Below are positions 17,409-29,307 of a stretch of 64,000 nt of DNA, piece after piece (the first letter of the stretch is position 1; every line of letters starts with the position of its first letter). This DNA is from a virus, in the IMG/VR virus record IMGVR_UViG_3300024999_000045, positions 66,450 to 130,449 of that record; one strand, written 5' to 3'. The position numbers and the translations under genes were made by a program. The notes beneath the pieces are model-generated. The model searched no databases, was not told where the DNA came from, and was given only the letters and a program-made list of their open reading frames with translations.

Positions 17409-18512
17409 CTATTCCCAAATTTGGCGTCCTTTCCATACATTCATAGACATTTGTCCATCATTAAGCAGAGGAAATGAAACACTTTTAACTAAATAACGGT
17501 CATTTAACCCATTCCCAGAATCCACAATTGAAATTACACTTCCACCTTCAATAATATCTATAGGTATAGATTCAACATCAACTGATTCGACTATTGATAT
17601 TCTATTTAATAATTCGTACGCTGCTCTCTGCTCACATAAATTTACAGTGGATATTAAATCATCTGTAATAACTTCTACTTTTTCACCAATTAAATCAACT
17701 CTTGTTGGAGAATTAGGATTTGTATCAGAACTTGTTGCAGAAACTAATACACCATTTACGTTATCACCCAAAATTTTAATGAAATTCTTTACCTTACTAA
17801 ATTCAAATCTTCTGCTAGATCCTAAATAGTTAACTTCAGTAGTTTTAAATTCCCAAACTACACCTTTAGTTAAATAATCAGGTTGTGGTTCAAACCTAGG
17901 AAATCCATCATTGTCAAAATAGCATGTGTAAGATAACATTTGCGATAACTTAATTAATATATCTGCAAATGTTTCTCCAGCGGAAACTATCAAAGTATAT
18001 GGTGAAATTTCATTTGTTGGATAAATAATAGGAACCTTAACTTCGCCAGCCTCTTGGAAAACACCTTTAATTGCAGCTTGAATACTAGTTCCTACTGGGA
18101 TTATATAATCATTTTTTAATGGATTTTCTAACAATACCCACTTATCATATAATTGAACACTCATTGATTTGTCAGATAATTTTGAAGTTACTTCTGGTTC
18201 ACCAGTTACAAATATTCCTCTTGAAACATAATAAGGTTCGCCATTAACAATATGTCCTGAGAACACTTTTATTTTAGAATTGATCCAGAATAATTTTTCT
18301 GGGTCTGGTGTATATAAACCTTTTGAATTATCTAGACTTAGATTACAGTTTCGCCGAGCGCCGAGATTGTCACTCATTTGCAAATCACCAGATATTAAAT
18401 CTCTAGTAATTTCACTAACAACATTCTCGAGTCCATCTAAAATTTGGATTTTACAAATTCTTTTTGCACTTGCAGCCTTCATTGTGGTTACGAAATCAGA
18501 AAATAAACTCAT
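17409..18512 (-). CDS. Tail hub / baseplate-like protein
   Basis: RRNCNLSL, G.F...EP, YFDNDGF.RF; synteny downstream of the tape measure gene. Confidence 0.65.
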   Translation of the reverse strand: MSLFSDFVTTMKAASAKRICKIQILDGLENVVSEITRDLISGDLQMSDNLGARRNCNLSLDNSKGLYTPDPEKLFWINSKIKVFSGHIVNGEPYYVSRGIFVTGEPEVTSKLSDKSMSVQLYDKWVLLENPLKNDYIIPVGTSIQAAIKGVFQEAGEVKVPIIYPTNEISPYTLIVSAGETFADILIKLSQMLSYTCYFDNDGFPRFEPQPDYLTKGVVWEFKTTEVNYLGSSRRFEFSKVKNFIKILGDNVNGVLVSATSSDTNPNSPTRVDLIGEKVEVITDDLISTVNLCEQRAAYELLNRISIVESVDVESIPIDIIEGGSVISIVDSGNGLNDRYLVKSVSFPLLNDGQMSMNVWKGRQIWE

Positions 18513-19357
18513 TATTCTTCACCAACTTCCACCCATTTGAAGCTAATGGAATAAATTTGACTACCTAATTTGTCATTATATTTAATACTAAATCCATGAG
18601 TAATTACTTTTGCGGAGAATCCATTTCCGTTTTTCAATATCTTAACTTCACCATCATAGATAAAATTTTCTATAGCTACTAATAAATCATTATTGATTAC
18701 TAAATCTCCGTCGTTTAATTGGTATGGTATCGCAGTAATTCCACCGACTTTGTACCTGCTCTCGCCAAATCTAACTGCTGCATATTTAGTGTTGTTTTTA
18801 TATATATTAACGTCATCCTCATTATTTATAGAGTCTGTTTCAACTTCCATATCAAATGTATAACTAATTTGTGAATCTAAACTTGTTAATATCCAATTAT
18901 CAAATACCACCATATTTTGTGCCTCCAATCCGAGTCCTTCTATTGAATTACTTACTGGATAAATTGTGTAATCATATTCAGTTGAACTTTTTGGTGTATA
19001 ATCAATATAAGAAGAATCAATACTAGAACTATTTAAAGTAGCAATTAATTTATAAATCTGCTCGTTTTTTTCTTTTCTTCTTATTTTCCATTGAGTTATT
19101 GGTAGTCCATCATTTTGTAGATTTCCACCTTCAAGGTTTTCATTGAAATTTGCCAAAAATAAACTATCTAAATTCCATTGTTGTTCAATATTTGTGTTGA
19201 TTATTTCATCATCAGATATAGTAATTCTTTTCATACTGATATTATCTAAATAACACTTACCAACAAATTTAACTGAATTATATTGTTTTTGAGGTGGTAT
19301 AGCAGTCACATTTATACTGTCCCCAAGCACATTTATAGATAAAAACATTAATACCAC
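18512..19357 (-). CDS. Distal tail protein (FN3-like segment)
   Basis: YIDYTPKSSTEYDYTIYPV; synteny. Confidence 0.6.
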   Translation of the reverse strand: MVLMFLSINVLGDSINVTAIPPQKQYNSVKFVGKCYLDNISMKRITISDDEIINTNIEQQWNLDSLFLANFNENLEGGNLQNDGLPITQWKIRRKEKNEQIYKLIATLNSSSIDSSYIDYTPKSSTEYDYTIYPVSNSIEGLGLEAQNMVVFDNWILTSLDSQISYTFDMEVETDSINNEDDVNIYKNNTKYAAVRFGESRYKVGGITAIPYQLNDGDLVINNDLLVAIENFIYDGEVKILKNGNGFSAKVITHGFSIKYNDKLGSQIYSISFKWVEVGEE

Positions 19358-19360
19358 CCC

Positions 19361-20401
19361 TTATTCTAAAATTTCTGTGTAAGTTTCTGTTACAATAATA
19401 ACTTTGTTATGTTTAACTCCAATTAAAAAATAGCCTTCTGGAATTATCCTTGGGCTACCTGCTGTAATTCTATATTGATTTTTGAAATAATATCTCTGAC
19501 CATCATATCCAAAACTAAAATCATCATCTAGTTTAAATAAATCACCATTAAAATCACTTAATAATTTTATATAATAAACACAAGTAAATTCTTGTGGAAT
19601 TAAGGTATTAAAAGATAAAATTGAACCACTTTCTAATTCTAGACTATAATTATATTTACCTAATGCAAAACTATAATCACCTTCAACTTCACCTATTATT
19701 TGAACTAGATTTGACCATTCTAATTTTAATGCACCATATTTTTCAATCGGCGTTATATAAAATTCAGGTATGTTATCTGGATATGAGTAGTTTGAAGTAA
19801 AATTAAATAATTCACTTTCTGCGCTCATATCATTTTGGTCAATAATAAATACTTTGATATTATATGTTAAACCACTAACCATCCCAGTTATTTCATGATT
19901 AATAGTGGTATTTGGAACTGAAGAATTAAATAGAAATCCAGTGTCAAATACAATCCCATTGACTAATTCATTATCATATAAAACAACCTTATAAGATTTT
20001 AAATTAACACCATTTAAGTGATTATATAAGAATGAAAAAGTGTAATTTTGTGAACTTATACTAGATGGAACACTCATTGTAATTGTAGGTTTTAATCTTG
20101 CTTGAAATAATACCCAATCGGATTCTACATATTCTGTGTCATTATAATAAACTCTAACTAAATATTTATAATCGTTAGCATTAATTAAAGTGTTTGCAAT
20201 TAAAGTTAGCGTTTCTTCAGATGATATTATTTTTGTAGAGTCATAAACTTGAACATTATCATCATTTTTTCTTATAAAAAGTTGAAATGCAACAGATTGA
20301 GTTTCGTCTGTTGCATTAACTTCCCATGTAAATATTATGTTTTGTGTCGCATCTACCCCAACACTGTTAGAAGGGGATAAAAAGGTTGGTGAATACATCA
20401 T
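19361..20401 (-). CDS. Tail protein with FN3/Ig-like domains
   Basis: FTWEVN...YKYLVRVY pattern; directly after the tape measure gene. Confidence 0.6.
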   Translation of the reverse strand: MMYSPTFLSPSNSVGVDATQNIIFTWEVNATDETQSVAFQLFIRKNDDNVQVYDSTKIISSEETLTLIANTLINANDYKYLVRVYYNDTEYVESDWVLFQARLKPTITMSVPSSISSQNYTFSFLYNHLNGVNLKSYKVVLYDNELVNGIVFDTGFLFNSSVPNTTINHEITGMVSGLTYNIKVFIIDQNDMSAESELFNFTSNYSYPDNIPEFYITPIEKYGALKLEWSNLVQIIGEVEGDYSFALGKYNYSLELESGSILSFNTLIPQEFTCVYYIKLLSDFNGDLFKLDDDFSFGYDGQRYYFKNQYRITAGSPRIIPEGYFLIGVKHNKVIIVTETYTEILE

Positions 20402-20419
20402 TATATTTTACCCCTTTCT

Positions 20420-23400
20420 TTATGATCTAGTTTTTCTAGTGATTTGGTGCATAAAATCAGTTACATCATTAGTTTGAACATTAACGCTATCTTTGCCAAA
20501 GTTAAAGTTATTTTCTATAGTTTGACCACCAATCCCAGCTAAAGTAGTAGGCATATTGAATGTTGGAAGTTTAATATTTGCAACTATATCTTTTACAATA
20601 TTTAAACCTTCTAAGAAATTAGGAGTATCTGTATCATTTAGTAGTAATTCTTTTTTATGAACATACATTAAGCCTTCTTGGTTTCCAGTATATAAACCAG
20701 TTTCACCAGTTACAAGACTACTTTTATATGAACCGTCAGCTTTAACTCCTGTTATTTTATAATCTCCACCAGCAGTTTTCACTATAGTTCCTACACTTAA
20801 ACCTTTTTGTGCCGTTCCATCTGCTTGGGCTTTTACTACTGTTGGGGCTGTAGATTTAGAACCATTATTTAGAATATTTCCAATAATTTCTTTCCCTTTG
20901 TCAATGAAACTTTCAACTTTATCAACAGTATTAGATACAAAAGTTCCTCCACTACTTTTACTAGAACCACCAGATGAAGGTATTTTACTTGGGTCAATAT
21001 TATCACCAGTTAATAATGCATTTTTAGCAGTTAATTTAGCAAATTCAGCGGCTTCATATTTAACCATTGCATCTACATTACCTTTAAATTTAATAAATAA
21101 ATTAGAATAGTGTATGTCGTATATTTTTTCAATACCAGCAAAATGTTTATCAAGTTTAATCTTTTCTTCGTCATTAGCTTTTTCAATAACATTACTTTGC
21201 TCATCAAATGCTTTCTTTTTAGTATCAATTAAACCTTTTTGATAATCAATTTCTGCTTTTAAACCATCTTGTTGTTTTCCAAATGCAATGTCTTTTTCCC
21301 AGTCAGCATAATCGGATTCCATACCGTAAAGAGTTTCGGTTTCTTGTTTTATCTTACGTGGATCACTAACCCATTCCCAAGCACCATTTTGAAAGATTTT
21401 AACGTCTTTCTCAGCTTTGATATTTGCAAGTTTTAACCTTTGTTCTTCTAAGTCAAGAAGTTTTTTAGCTCTCGTCTCTTCTTCTTCTTTTTCCTTATTA
21501 GTAGCAACAAGTATATCAAGTTTTTCTTGAAGGGCGTCTATTGTTGCATTAACACTATCTTCATAATCACTTTGGTTAGAACCATATATATCTTCTTCAA
21601 TATTAGCAATTTTTTGTTTTTGTTTTTCCTCAAGTTGAAGATATTTATTTTCTTTATCTAAATCAACTATGCGTTTTGATAGTGCTTTTGCATTTTCTAC
21701 CATATTAAGATTTGTTTCTTTAATTTCTTGATTTGTAGACTTTAAAACCGATTCAAGTTTCTCTTTAGTGGAAATAAATATATCATCTGTCTTATTTACC
21801 TCAGAAGTTGTACTTTCTAACTCAGAAAGTGATTTTGTGGTTTCTTTAACAATAGAATTATTAGCTGATAATTGTGCTTTTAAATTCTCATATTTTCCAC
21901 TAAAATCATCGTCTTTTAGTAGTTTTTCGTTGTCTTTTAGCGTTTCTAACTCATTATTGAACGGTTTTAGAGCGTTTTCAGAGTCTTGAAATAAAATGGA
22001 TATTTTATTTGAAGATATTGTTTGATTAAGAGAGAAAATCTCTTTATTTAATGCCATTCCAGCGTTTTCGTTGTCTTTATACAAATCTTTTAAAGTTTTA
22101 AGAGTATTTTTAACACCTTCGACTCTATCTTGTTCGTCAGGATTATCTATTAGTGAATTAAATAAATTTTTATAAGTGTCTGTTTCATTATTATTCTCAT
22201 CAAACCATTCATTGCTATTGTCATATCCAGAAGATTTTCTAACACTATCCGCTGTTTTTGATAAATTATTATTTGCAATATCAAGTTGGCCTAATTTGAT
22301 TTTTCTGTTTTCAAGTAATTCAAGTGTTTTTTCTTCTTCTTTATTGTAATCTTTTTGTTGTTTGGCAATTTCAATTTGATATTCTAAAATTTCTGCTTTA
22401 CGTTCTGTTTGTAATTGATCATAACTTATTGAATTTATGATATATTCCTTTGAATCTTTTAATGACCCTTTTGAGGAAGTATCTTTATCGGGATCGGGAT
22501 CTGGAGTTCCATTTCCCACAATTGGATCCTTTATCACTACAGGGTCATTTATTTCTTTAATAAGTTTTTCTATATCGGTTATTTGGTCTAAATAGTCTTG
22601 AGCTTCCTGTACTAATTCTCCAGATTTAATACCTTTAGTTAAAAATGCCTCTTGCATTTTTTTTGTAGATTCCTCGTTTAACTCCCAAACAAAATCTTTT
22701 TCATTTTTATATTTTTCATCTTTTAATTTTGCTCCCAAAATTTCATTAGCGAAAATACTTGCGGGATCAGACATTCCAAAATTAGTAGATTCAACCCCAT
22801 AGTTAGCGGCTAAACTAGCCATTTGATTATAAGTTACAGTTTTTTTACCTTTAACAGATTCCCCTGCATTATAATATTTTCCACCAAGCGCAGATTCATC
22901 TACAACTACTTTTTCATAATGTTTTTTTTCTAATGCTAATAATTTCTTTTTAGCATCAAGAGACTCTATATAAGCAGCTTTCTCTGCATTGCTAAATGCT
23001 TTTACTTTATTTGTTGCTTCAACATATGAATTTCCTAATATATCTACTTTATCTGCTAATTGTGGGAATAATTTTGCCATTTCAATTTGAATACTATGAA
23101 GTTTTTGTTCTTCCTCTTTTGTTCCTTTAGAAGCTTTTTTTAGTTCATCATATTCAGATGCAAGACTATCTAAAGTTTTTATTTTAGAATTGTTCCCTTT
23201 TATTTCTTCTGCTGTACTTTTGGCGGATTTAAGATTTTCCTCGTGTAATTTTTTTGCATTATCCGCTGCTTTTTGTGATGCATTACCCCACAACATTAAT
23301 CCACCAACTATTGCACCTATTAATAATGGTATTCCGCCAACTAATATATTCATAATTGTTAATTGTGTATTTAATGCGCCAGTTGCCGTACTAGCTCCAA

Positions 23401-25674
23401 ACATAATTGGTATTAATGCTTTTAATGCATTACTCCAAGATAATATACCTTGTGCAGCTAATTGAATATTAATTGCTTTTAATGATAATGAAAGTTTTAT
23501 AGCAATCCCCATAATTACTATAAACAAAATATTTAATGAACCAAATTTTTGATTTAATCTATCTAACACTTCAACCATAGCAATTCCAAAATCAACAATT
23601 TCTTTTATTGAATCTGATTTTACTAATCCTTGCCAAAATTTAGTAACAGTTTCTTTGAAAGTATTTACCTTTGCATTTATTGAAGTCATATAAGTTTCTT
23701 GTTCCTTAGCGCTACTTCCGGCACTATTTAATGCAGATTCTGTTGCTTTAATTCCATCCTCAATATTATTTAATAACGATGCAACTACAGTACCTTGTCT
23801 TTTACCCGCAATCATCTCTAAAAGTGTAGCACGTTTTTTATCTGTCAAATCTTTCCATACTTGGGAAACATCTTTCATAATTTCAAATGTAGATTTAAAA
23901 CTATCATTATCTTTCATAATTTCTACACCAGATAATAATTTTATAGATTTTCTAAGTTCTGGGATTAATTCGCCTGACTCTTCATTTATTCCACGAAGCC
24001 TCATAGACACAGTTTTTAGGGCTGTTCCTACAACTTCGGGATCTTGAATTGCCTTTATACCCTCGGTTTCCCGATATTTTTTAGGGGAGTAGACTATACC
24101 ACCATCCTTTTAAAAGGACGCCCTTCGGTAGTCGTTGAGGGGAGTTAGTTTAAATAACTCAGCCCTGCTGATTGCCCAATCCTTTAAATTGTCACACTTT
24201 GGTATTAAAGGCTCTAAGGGGTTTCCAGCATATTCAGGGTTTTCTATATATATTACTATATATAGGCACTAGTATGTTAATGCATTTGCAGCCGTAATTA
24301 ATCCGATACTTTCTTCTAATGTATTTCCAGCTTCATATAATGAGGCTGAACTTCTCTTTAATGCATCTCCAATTCCACCTGATGTTATTGCGAAATTATT
24401 CAACTTTGTTATCCTAAAGGCTTTTTATCCTCTAGTTCTTATAGTTTCCTATAAGTTCAGCATATCTTTTCACCCTTAATATTACTTAGTGGGGCGCCCC
24501 TGCCTCTTGGACGAATTATAGTCTACTTTCATAGTATCATCGTCTATGCGTTGCGGCTGGTTAATATTTTAATATTAACCTTCACCTCTGATTAGCTTAT
24601 ATTTTTATACTTAGCTTTCCAGATTTTTTCAGGAGTTATCATTAGTATCTTAAGATACTAAGCGGCAATAAATTTACCGACTTCATTCGCGGCATCAATT
24701 AAGTGGGCGGTTTCAGATATTTCTAAATTGAAGCCTTTTAATGTTGAAATAATTGATTCAGTTGCTTCATCAATTCCAATATCGCCAATGTTACTATAAA
24801 TTAAAGCTTGTTTTGCTAATTCAGCAGATTCTTTTATACTATAGTTTAATTTTGCAAATGAAGTGGTAGCATCAATTGCAGCTTTACTGCTATGTCCAAC
24901 TTCAATAGCCATGCTATTAGCAGTTTTTAGAAATTTATCATAAGATTCTTCTGTCTCATCCGTAACTTTTTTCAAATTTACGATTGATGTATCTAATTGT
25001 GTAATTGTAGAAATTGCAGATCTTATAGCACGTACTGTCCCAAAAATGGCTGTTCCAGCAGCCGCCCACATGAGCATTTTTTTGGTATTTTTTGCAAACT
25101 CATTAAACCCACCTTCTGCATTAACTTTAGTTTCTTTTAAACCCGTGTTAAGAGTTTTTACAGACATATTTATTTCTTTCATTCTGGCAGACGCTGCTTT
25201 TGGTGCTAATCCATCTAAACTAGAGAGATTCTTTTTAATATTATTAATTTCATTTTGAACTGGAATATTATTTACTTGACTTTTATAACTTGCCTGAGTA
25301 CTTCTTAATTGCAACTCAATCTTTTGTTTATATAGAGCAACTTGTTCTTTTAATTTTAAATTTGTTTGTTGTTCTGCATTACGTATTTTATCTGCATTTG
25401 ATTTTGCAGTATTACCTAATTTTACATGCGCTGCTCTTGTTTTTTCTATTTCTTTGTTATCAACATTAGCAACGATTTTTATAGGTTTAATATTTTTATT
25501 TAGTTCTTTTATTTGCCTATTGATATCGCTTACTTTTGTTTTATTAATATCAATAGAAATGCTCAATGGTTTTAATTTTTTACTAAATTCTTTTAATTCT
25601 TTATTAAAAGAATTTATTGATTTGGAACTTTGATCCAGTTGTGACCTAATTATAATACTTAAATCATTTATCAT
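20420..25674 (-). CDS. Tail tape measure protein, about 1583 aa, three exons (25674-24676, 24400-24280, 24051-20420)
   Basis: Spliced reading DAANEVG|NNFAITSGGIGDALKRS...TAANA-S|IQDPEVVGTALKTVSMRLRG restores the TP901-type TMP core; total 4752 nt is divisible by 3. Confidence 0.9.
24052..24279 (-). mobile_element. Group I intron without ORF (228 nt), tape measure intron 2
   Basis: P1 exon GCAU pairs with intron GUGC giving a U-G pair at the splice site; P4 UGCUGG/UCAGCA; P7 GACUA/UAGUC; terminal G. Confidence 0.9.
24401..24675 (-). mobile_element. Group I intron without ORF (275 nt), tape measure intron 1
   Basis: P1 exon CGGU pairs with GCCG; P7 GCAUA/UAUGC; terminal G (...AACAAAGTTG); in-frame joining. 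Confidence 0.9.
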
Positions 25675-25763
25675 AAAATTACCTCCTTTTTGAAGTATAA
25701 AAAATATCTCTACATCTCAATTCACAAAAAATATGAATTCAAATATAGAGATAAAATTGCATT

Positions 25764-25794
25764 AAAAAAGAAGTAGATTTTAGTCTACTTCTTC
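25764..25794 (-). terminator. Intrinsic terminator between the free-standing endonuclease and the tape measure gene
   Basis: AGAAGTAGA/TCTACTTCT stem plus U-tract on the - strand. Confidence 0.65.
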
Positions 25795-25818
25795 AAAACT
25801 TTTATTTGATTTTTATAT

Positions 25819-27591
25819 TTAACTTGTTCTATATTTCATATAACAATCTCTATTACAAAAATGTAATTTACTGTTTTTAAAACGACCTTCAGTTATCTCA
25901 AATTCACTAGAACAATTATCACATTTTATTATTTTAGAACCCAATTTCTGATGTTCTAAGTGACATTTTTTAGAACAAAAATTTAATTTTCCTTCTTTAC
26001 AATTAATAATATATGTTTCATATTCTTGGCCGCAATTATTACAATTTATTTTATTTTTTTTAGTTTCATCTGTATTATAATCATAAGAACATTTTCGACT
26101 GCAAAAATGTTTCTTTGTTCTATTATATAAAGAAATAGACTTTTCAACATCTTTATAACAATTATCACATTTAAATGTAATTAATTTTCGTATCTTATTT
26201 CTTTCTGTACGATCAAGTAAATTATCAATATCTTTGGCTTTATATTCTATATATGGCTTAATAATATTATTATTTAAAACCAATTGATTGTTTATTATAG
26301 AATAATTAAAACTATTATATTCTAATAAATTCCCATTGTTTTTTATATAGAATTTAATTAAATGTTCGCATAATTTAATATTATTCATAATGTCTGTTTC
26401 CCATAAATACAATATTTCTATTTTATAATATTTTTTTATATATGTGTGCTTGGATTTATCTCTCTTTATATCTTTTTGTTGCATTTGATTTAAACAATTA
26501 TATTTTAATGGATTACTATGGAAATAATCTCCCATAACTTCAATACACAAATTATGTTCTAATATATAATTATCTACAGAATAATATTTATAATTATATT
26601 CATTCTCATATTTTATGTCTAATTTTTTTAGTAACTTATTTACTTCTTTTTGTGGTTTCGTTTGTCTATCAAAAATACCAGTTGAATACATTTTTGTTGT
26701 CAATATTCTTTGAGCATTTCTTTGTTTTGCCGTATGTTTTGTGCCAAATTGAGAGTGTTTTTCTCCTAAATAATATTTAGATCTATACTCCCAATAACAT
26801 GTTTGACTACAAAAATTATGATTATCGTTATATTTATTTTTCTTATTATAATCATAAGGAATAACTTCTATGTCCAAATTACAATTTGTGCATTTTGTTT
26901 CTATTCTATTATATTGATAACTATCTTCGCCTTTAGGCTCAAATTCTTTTTTATATTTCCAATAACAATTCGAGCTGCAAAAAGTATTTTTACTTTTTAA
27001 ATATACACTTAAAAAATCAACAGTTTCTTTTTGACAATATTTACAGTTTGATTTAACATTTAATGCTTTATTTGCTATTATTAAATCTGTACTTAGTAAT
27101 AAAGTGATATCTTTAAAAGATTTACTTGGAACTTTATCGACTAATTCATTAATAAAAACTATTTTATTATTTATAATTGAATCTATAATAATTTTGTATT
27201 CATTTAAATTCCAATTTTCTTTAATAATTAAATTGCTTTTTCTTTTTAAATAACTACAAACCTTACACGAATAAACATATCCGCCACACGTTTTAACATC
27301 TTTATTAAATTCTTCTAAAGGCAACAATAAATCACAAGTACTGCATTTTCTGTAACCTTCTTGCACTTCAATAAAAAACTCTGGAATAAATTTGTTACAT
27401 ATTTCTTTATATGTCATTTTAAAATGCTTTTGCAAAGGAAACATACTAAAACCTTTATTTTTCATTTTTTCGTATTCTGTTCTATATGGATGTCTATTTA
27501 ATAGCTCTGATAATTCTTTTATCTCTTTTATTGAAACGTCCATTCTTTCTTGGTCTGATAAATCACAAAATTTAGAAAATTGATTTGCCAT
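25819..27591 (-). CDS. Free-standing putative homing endonuclease (multiple CxxC/FCS zinc fingers plus Vsr/DUF559-like nuclease domain)
   Basis: Repeated CxxC...FCSxxC; TKPQ...YSVDNY...IEVMGDYFH...RDKSK. Confidence 0.8.
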   Translation of the reverse strand: MANQFSKFCDLSDQERMDVSIKEIKELSELLNRHPYRTEYEKMKNKGFSMFPLQKHFKMTYKEICNKFIPEFFIEVQEGYRKCSTCDLLLPLEEFNKDVKTCGGYVYSCKVCSYLKRKSNLIIKENWNLNEYKIIIDSIINNKIVFINELVDKVPSKSFKDITLLLSTDLIIANKALNVKSNCKYCQKETVDFLSVYLKSKNTFCSSNCYWKYKKEFEPKGEDSYQYNRIETKCTNCNLDIEVIPYDYNKKNKYNDNHNFCSQTCYWEYRSKYYLGEKHSQFGTKHTAKQRNAQRILTTKMYSTGIFDRQTKPQKEVNKLLKKLDIKYENEYNYKYYSVDNYILEHNLCIEVMGDYFHSNPLKYNCLNQMQQKDIKRDKSKHTYIKKYYKIEILYLWETDIMNNIKLCEHLIKFYIKNNGNLLEYNSFNYSIINNQLVLNNNIIKPYIEYKAKDIDNLLDRTERNKIRKLITFKCDNCYKDVEKSISLYNRTKKHFCSRKCSYDYNTDETKKNKINCNNCGQEYETYIINCKEGKLNFCSKKCHLEHQKLGSKIIKCDNCSSEFEITEGRFKNSKLHFCNRDCYMKYRTS

Positions 27592-27701
27592 AAATAATCC
27601 TCCTGTAGGGTTTTAATTCCTGAAATATAAAATTGAGGAAGAACTCAGGATGTTCTTGTCAAAATAATCGATCAAATTATTTCTATCCCCAAAACTTTAA
27701 A

Positions 27702-28019
27702 TTAACTATTATAAATTCTAACATCTATATCATTATTCAATACCAAAATTGAATCATTATAACCCTCATAATTTTCTACTTCAATTATTTTACTTATGTA
27801 ATTTATATCAATATCAAATCTACTTTCATCTTCATTTGAATATAAGGTTAATATATCAAGTTTATCAACGCCCCAGTATTCAAAATCTTCTAAAAATAAC
27901 ACTGTTTTAATACAATTGGAAATCTCGATTACTAACATTTTACCTTCTGATTGCTTAAGTCTTTTCTCTAAATCATTAATACTAATCTCTTTGTTTTCTT
28001 CATAAGTATTTTTTCTCAT
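27702..28019 (-). CDS. Hypothetical accessory protein
   Basis: ORF track 27702..28064; likely start MRKNTY after an AGGAG RBS. Confidence 0.6.
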   Translation of the reverse strand: MRKNTYEENKEISINDLEKRLKQSEGKMLVIEISNCIKTVLFLEDFEYWGVDKLDILTLYSNEDESRFDIDINYISKIIEVENYEGYNDSILVLNNDIDVRIYNS

Positions 28020-28086
28020 AAAAAATCTCCTATAGTATATGATGTTAAAGTAAAGGTTGCGCAACCATTAATACTTTACAAACATT

Positions 28087-28120
28087 ATTCTATAAGAGAT
28101 TGTCTTGAGTGTCAAGACAA
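28087..28120 (-). promoter_or_regulatory. sigmaA promoter with a palindromic operator over the -35 element
   Basis: TTGACA-N17-TAGAAT; TTGTCTTGA-N3-TCAAGACAA palindrome at 28100-28120. Confidence 0.65.
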
Positions 28121-28159
28121 TTTTCAATTTATTTTTCCATAATATAAGAAATATTTTTA

Positions 28160-28354
28160 TTATTCTATATAAAATATACTTTCTACTGGTGTATTAAGCA
28201 TTTTACTAATATTTAAACCGACTTCCAAACTTGTGTTATATTTATTTAATATTATATTTGATAATGTTTTATGAGATATTCCAATTTTTTCAGCTAACCA
28301 AGTTTGTTTAATACCACGTTCTTTTAAAATTTCTTTTAACTTATTTTTTACCAC
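28160..28354 (-). CDS. Small XRE-family HTH regulator
   Basis: LKEILKERGIKQTWLAEKIGIS...PVESIF. Confidence 0.9.
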   Translation of the reverse strand: MVKNKLKEILKERGIKQTWLAEKIGISHKTLSNIILNKYNTSLEVGLNISKMLNTPVESIFYIE

Positions 28355-28438
28355 AATAATAAAATCCTTTCAAAATTTAATATATCAATAAAAATGTTGG
28401 ATATTCCAAATAAAAGTTTAGTTTATTGATATAAAACT

Positions 28439-28467
28439 ATTGTAAGGCAAAACTTTTATCTTGTCAA
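28439..28467 (-). promoter_or_regulatory. sigmaA promoter of the XRE gene
   Basis: TTGACA-N17-TACAAT. Confidence 0.6.
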
Positions 28468-28491
28468 TTAAGATTTTTGGTTTAATAATTT

Positions 28492-29307
28492 TTATTCTTT
28501 ATCTTCTAAATACAACTTACAACTATGAACACCGTCATCATAAACTATTCCCTCAAGGTTTACAAAACTATCATAAAATATATAACCACCAACCGTAGAT
28601 TTTGAATTTTTTAAAGATTCAAAAAAATCTACTTCTCGTAATTCTTCTTTACTTGAAATATTTTCAGAATAGTTTGTTATTGTTAAAGGATAATATTTTT
28701 CTCCAATATAGTCACTAAATCCAACAATATTAATTTTTTTATTTTCTAATTCTGTTTTTTCTTTATTCCACACATGTAAAAAGATACCCTCTTTATTATT
28801 ATAATCATGTTTAGCTATATTAACAGCTACTACAAAACCATCTTCAAATACACATGTATTATAAGTTATATTTCCTAGAGGCATAAATTTTTGTATAGAA
28901 ATTTTTACTGGAGTATTAGTATTTTCTACCTTAACTTCCTCAACCACTGGTTCAACTTTAGCTACTTCCTTAACTTCTTCTTTAACTACAGGTTTAACAC
29001 TAGCCTCAATGTCCTTAGTAGGCAAAACGTCAGCCCCACCAACTTTATCATTGATGCTAACCGTTCTTGTAGTTTCATTCCAAATAATATTCTTATTTAA
29101 TAATTCTCCAACGGATCGGAGTGGAATATACGTTGTACCTTCCAAAATAAAATTATCTGAATCAACTTTCTTACCATTAACCTCAACATTTACCGAATTC
29201 ATAGCAACATCAATACTCTTCCAAACACCATTTGCTAACACAGGAACCGTCAAAGTCACCAACAACGTAACTACCATACCTAAAATAAAACCTTTAAAAA
29301 CTTTCAT
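28492..29307 (-). CDS. Secreted protein with a copper-amine-oxidase N-terminal (stalk)-like domain
   Basis: Signal peptide MKVFKGFILG...LA; GTTYIPLRSVGELLNKNIIWNETTRTV. Confidence 0.75.
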   Translation of the reverse strand: MKVFKGFILGMVVTLLVTLTVPVLANGVWKSIDVAMNSVNVEVNGKKVDSDNFILEGTTYIPLRSVGELLNKNIIWNETTRTVSINDKVGGADVLPTKDIEASVKPVVKEEVKEVAKVEPVVEEVKVENTNTPVKISIQKFMPLGNITYNTCVFEDGFVVAVNIAKHDYNNKEGIFLHVWNKEKTELENKKINIVGFSDYIGEKYYPLTITNYSENISSKEELREVDFFESLKNSKSTVGGYIFYDSFVNLEGIVYDDGVHSCKLYLEDKE

